Virus record (IMG/VR): IMGVR_UViG_3300048851_000185
Location: 1-38,326 of that record
Strand: one strand, 5' to 3'
DNA: 38,326 bases
Source of the DNA: a virus
Taxonomy: Duplodnaviria; Caudoviricetes
The notes under the pieces are model-generated. The model did no database searches. It was given only the letters and a program-made list of their open reading frames with translations, and was not told where the DNA came from. Numbering within the stretch: the stretch's first letter is position 1; the number at the start of each line of letters is the position of its first letter. The translations under genes and the position numbers were made by a program. Positions 35,262 to 38,326 of this stretch are shown here, in pieces.

Positions 35262-35528
35262 TCAACCGGTGGGTGCTTTGGCGAGGAAGTCGCCCGTCGA
35301 AACTAAGAGCGGGCCGTCTTTCCGTCCTAGCTTCATTATACGACATTTAACGGCTGCCCGAAGTTCGGAGTCTGCTCGCTTTGCTGACTGCTTCCGCATG
35401 ATCTCGCGGAAGTGCTGCAACGCGGCCGGGGAGAGACTGCCGCGAACGACAGCTACGCTCGGCACGAATACACCGGGTATGCCGTCTTGTTCGAATGCAA
35501 GTTCGAATTCGCCGTCGTCGCTGATCAT
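35262..35528 (-). CDS. Hypothetical protein (moron, opposite strand)
   Basis: 88 aa from MISDD; GAGG upstream; lower GC. Confidence 0.5.
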   Translation of the reverse strand: MISDDGEFELAFEQDGIPGVFVPSVAVVRGSLSPAALQHFREIMRKQSAKRADSELRAAVKCRIMKLGRKDGPLLVSTGDFLAKAPTG

Positions 35529-35666
35529 GGGAGTAGTGCCTCTCGATAATCGTTTTGGCGCCCCGCGACTGAACGAGGTGCTTGACGGTCTTAACATACG
35601 TTTGATCGATACGCATGCATCCTTCGCTCGCAGGCGGTCCGAGGCTTTCAAGCGGAGGTACCAACG

Positions 35667-35879
35667 ATGACCGACCGTAGCCACGACAGCTTCGTACGTC
35701 TGCCAGAGGTTCGCCGGCGCACCGGGCTGTCGACGGCGACGATCTATCGGAAGATGGAGCGCGGCGAGTTCCCGATGAAGAGGCAACTGAGCATCAACGC
35801 TGTGGCTTGGTACGAGAGCGATTTGAACCGATGGGTGGCAGATCCTGTCGCGTGGGTTCCCGAGGAACAGGCGGCGTGA
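35667..35879 (+). CDS. AlpA-family regulator / excisionase
   Basis: FVRLPEVRRRTGLSTATIYRKM..GEFP...AVAWYESDL..W; GGAGG RBS. Confidence 0.92.
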   Translation: MTDRSHDSFVRLPEVRRRTGLSTATIYRKMERGEFPMKRQLSINAVAWYESDLNRWVADPVAWVPEEQAA

Positions 35880-35991
35880 AGGTCCAATTAGCGCCGCCGC
35901 GTTGCCGAGGGTTCGCAGGCCGCGATGGTCGTGCGCTCCGGCTGGTGCCGTCGGTGTTGCGTAAGTGGGCTGGGCCCTAGCCCTGGGCTGC

Positions 35992-36357
35992 TTAAGGAAG
36001 CCCGTCCAAATTGTTGATGATTACTGCCCGTTGCGCTGCTGGCATAGTCTTGGGCGGGGTGTCACGGATAAGCTCAACAATCCTGTCGGCTAAATCAGCG
36101 CTGATTGGCCCACGATCGCGGGCTGCGGCCAGCTCATCCGCACGGAATGTCGTGACCCTACTGCAATCCAGGTAGGAGTCATGATGAAGCGCTACATGGT
36201 CAGTTTGAGCTAGGGGCATCTGAGCAACACCATGCCGACGTGGCAGCGTATTGATCCAGATAAAAAGATTCGTCCTTGCGCACACACATATTACTAACTT
36301 GTCCTTGGGAGGATCAATTAGAGTTGTGCGAACAACATATAAGTTGGCAGTGATCAC
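35992..36357 (-). CDS. Putative toxin, PemK/MazF-like fold (PanT candidate)
   Basis: 121 aa, GTGA-coupled to Panacea gene; K..VIC, FIWINT, L.HDSYLDCS.V, G.IS..L...I pattern. Confidence 0.6.
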   Translation of the reverse strand: MITANLYVVRTTLIDPPKDKLVICVCARTNLFIWINTLPRRHGVAQMPLAQTDHVALHHDSYLDCSRVTTFRADELAAARDRGPISADLADRIVELIRDTPPKTMPAAQRAVIINNLDGLP

Positions 36358-36890
36358 AGAACGCCGTAGGCGGCGAACGCCTGCGCGTCCTCCAGTATCT
36401 CTTCCCTGTTCGGATTGTTCTCATCTATGAACTTCTCGTAGTCCATAGATCCATTGTTCGGTGCATCCGCCCAAGCACGCTCCTGATGCGTCAACTGAGA
36501 CAGGTGAGTAAATCCCTTGCCCCGACAAAAGTCGATGGACTCGTCGAGAGCCTCCCGGTCGCTCTCAGAGAGCACACTTTCATCCGCCGGCCGCCGGCTG
36601 GCAAGCGCAGGGTATTTTGTCGTATCGATTGCAGCAATAAAGCTATCGGGATCACCTGACTGCCCAAGGTTGCCTCGAATGAAGTCATAAAGGGTAGTCG
36701 GTACTGGACCGTTTGGCATGGCCACAAACGTATCTGCCACTATTGGGCGACCGTAGGTGTTGAGATGCGACTTTTCCGCAAAAAAAAGCACTTTAGAAGC
36801 GTAAAAGGCGGTGATGCCGGGCCACTTTCCCGCGACATAGGCTAGCGCCTCAGTGCCCTTACGCTCATCGAATTGAAACCGGAGCGCCAT
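36354..36890 (-). CDS. Panacea-domain (DUF4065/SocA-like) antitoxin
   Basis: KVLFFAEKSHL..YGRPI..D.F.AMPNGPVP..LYD; LSQLTHQERAW. Confidence 0.88.
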   Translation of the reverse strand: MALRFQFDERKGTEALAYVAGKWPGITAFYASKVLFFAEKSHLNTYGRPIVADTFVAMPNGPVPTTLYDFIRGNLGQSGDPDSFIAAIDTTKYPALASRRPADESVLSESDREALDESIDFCRGKGFTHLSQLTHQERAWADAPNNGSMDYEKFIDENNPNREEILEDAQAFAAYGVL

Positions 36891-36896
36891 GAGACC

Positions 36897-36925
36897 CATA
36901 TAACGAGTGGCTGCTATTATGTCCA
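36897..36925 (-). promoter_or_regulatory. Candidate sigma70 promoter for TA operon (likely leaderless)
   Basis: TGGACA-17 nt-TATATG, 6 nt before ATG 36890; no SD; extra TTGACA at 36932-36937. Confidence 0.45.
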
Positions 36926-37021
36926 GAGACTTGTCAAGGGCCCGAATCATCATTTCGCTAATGGTTAATGACGAGAAATCCGCCGCTAAATGATACCGAG
37001 ATATGTCGTCAGGCAGGATGC

Positions 37022-38326
37022 CTAAGCCGCTCGTCCGTACCCCTCGATGATCTCCGAGGGCGGCATCAACCCCTCGGTCGTCAGATCCGCCCATTCGCGC
37101 GCGACCTCCCAGCGCCGCGGCATGTGCAGCGCCCGGTTATAAGCCATCTCAGACCCCGAAAGCCCCTTCGGCTTATGGGACAGCATGGCGTCGATGATCG
37201 CGCGATCGTCGGGCCGCTTATGGATGATCGCCCGCTCGTTCATGATCGTGGAGAAGCTGGTGCGCCAGCCGTGCGGCACATGCAGATCGCGGTAGCCGTT
37301 GTTATTGTACATGTAGCCGATCGTGTTGACGCTCATCGGCTGATGCGTCGACCGGATGCTGGGGAACAGGTACGGGAAACGCCCGGAGAGCCGCCGTACA
37401 GCGCGAAGAACCTCCACCGCCTGTGCAGGTAGCGGCGAGATGTGTTCGAAGGCGTCATCGGCCTTGTCGCCCAGCTCAAGCTTCATGCGGTCGGCACTGA
37501 CCCGCCAGATCGGCTCGGGGGCATCGTTGGTGCCCGTGGGGTCATCCCAGTCGATACCTTCGAACTCGATCCAACGGGCGGTCGGGATTAGCCCTGGCCG
37601 GACGAAGGTCAGCCCAAGCAGGCGGGAAGCGAGGCGGCTCGACGGGTTCGACGAGCATTTATCGATCGTCGCATGCAGCGCACGGACCGCTGCCACCGTA
37701 TTGACGCCCGGCTGACTGCCGCCGATCGGCGTCGGTAGCATGGCCTTCTTGATCCCGGCCGCCGGATCGACCGCGCATAGCCCCTCGGCAATACCGAAGC
37801 AGAACACGGCTGAGACGTGCTGCCGGATCCTCTTCGCCGTATCGATGGCCCCGCGCTTCTCGACTTTGCGGAGCATCGACAGGACCGTGGGGCCGTCGAC
37901 GTCGATAAGCGACATCGATCCGATCACTGGGTAGACGTCACGCTCCAGCGCCTGCTCGACCTTCACGGCCTGCGTCGTCGACCAGCGCGGCTTCTGCGCG
38001 TCGTGCCAGCGCGTACCTACGACGCGGAACGTCGCACCGGCAGCCGCATGGGCCGCCATCTTACGTTTACGCGCTTCAGTTGCGGGGTCGCGGTGTTCGC
38101 GTAGCAGCTGGCGCGCGCGATCGCGTTCCGCACGCGCCTTTGCCAATCCGATTTCCGGGTAGAGACCGAACACCAGCCGCTTTTCTTTTCCGGCAAAGCG
38201 GTACTTCATCCGCCATGATTTGGAGCCTTTTGTGGTGACGAAGAGATACAGACCTGCCGAATCGGCCAGCTTGTAATCCTTGTCGCCCTTGTGGGCTTTT
38301 TTCACCTGTGCGTCGGTCAGTGGCAT
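37022..38326 (-). CDS. int: Tyrosine integrase, P4-like with arm-binding domain
   Basis: LTDAQVK...YKLADSAGLYL...KSWRMKYRFAGKEK; catalytic R (FVRPG), K (RMK), HGWR, LSH, Y (AYNRA). Confidence 0.96.
   Translation of the reverse strand: MPLTDAQVKKAHKGDKDYKLADSAGLYLFVTTKGSKSWRMKYRFAGKEKRLVFGLYPEIGLAKARAERDRARQLLREHRDPATEARKRKMAAHAAAGATFRVVGTRWHDAQKPRWSTTQAVKVEQALERDVYPVIGSMSLIDVDGPTVLSMLRKVEKRGAIDTAKRIRQHVSAVFCFGIAEGLCAVDPAAGIKKAMLPTPIGGSQPGVNTVAAVRALHATIDKCSSNPSSRLASRLLGLTFVRPGLIPTARWIEFEGIDWDDPTGTNDAPEPIWRVSADRMKLELGDKADDAFEHISPLPAQAVEVLRAVRRLSGRFPYLFPSIRSTHQPMSVNTIGYMYNNNGYRDLHVPHGWRTSFSTIMNERAIIHKRPDDRAIIDAMLSHKPKGLSGSEMAYNRALHMPRRWEVAREWADLTTEGLMPPSEIIEGYGRAA

Larger units (their letters stand above)
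1..38326. mobile_element. Lambda-like (cos-type, siphovirus) prophage; boundaries/att sites not in window
   Basis: Complete syntenic run of integrase, excisionase, CI/Cro, replication, terminase, portal, capsid and tail genes, many joined by ATGA/TGATG overlaps. Confidence 0.96.

Noticed and set aside
34984-35670. 228-aa + strand ORF bridging the early operon to alpA with overlaps at both ends
   Set aside because: Ser/Arg-rich, non-protein-like composition; - strand ORFs look more coding, though not strictly excluded
37022-38326. att site or tRNA target near integrase
   Set aside because: Window ends at the integrase start codon; no tRNA fragment or terminal direct repeat seen

Overview
The window is almost entirely one GC-rich temperate prophage, a lambda-like cos-type siphovirus. 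An alphaproteobacterial host, probably sphingomonad, is inferred from gene families and layout. From the right end: P4-type tyrosine integrase (38326-37022), a Panacea/SocA-type antitoxin with a coupled PemK/MazF-like partner, an AlpA excisionase, an early leftward-type operon on the + strand, and a CI/Cro switch with AAAAGCGTA operators. Then come a CII-like gene, primase, DnaB helicase, a DUF1376-type initiator and a NusG-paralog antiterminator with a pR'-like late promoter. After a cluster of small moron genes are the cos site, terminase, portal, protease-capsid fusion, head-tail genes, tail tube, chaperone with a -1 frameshift, tape measure carrying an M15 peptidase, tail-tip genes and two tandem receptor-binding/depolymerase proteins. 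No att site, tRNA, CRISPR array or endolysin is visible. The most notable items are the Panacea toxin-antitoxin pair, a CI that appears to lack both catalytic residues, the NusG-paralog late-control module, the moron cluster with shared leaders and microproteins, and the TGCGGACA repeat array at cos/terS. All family calls come from motif recognition, not database searches.
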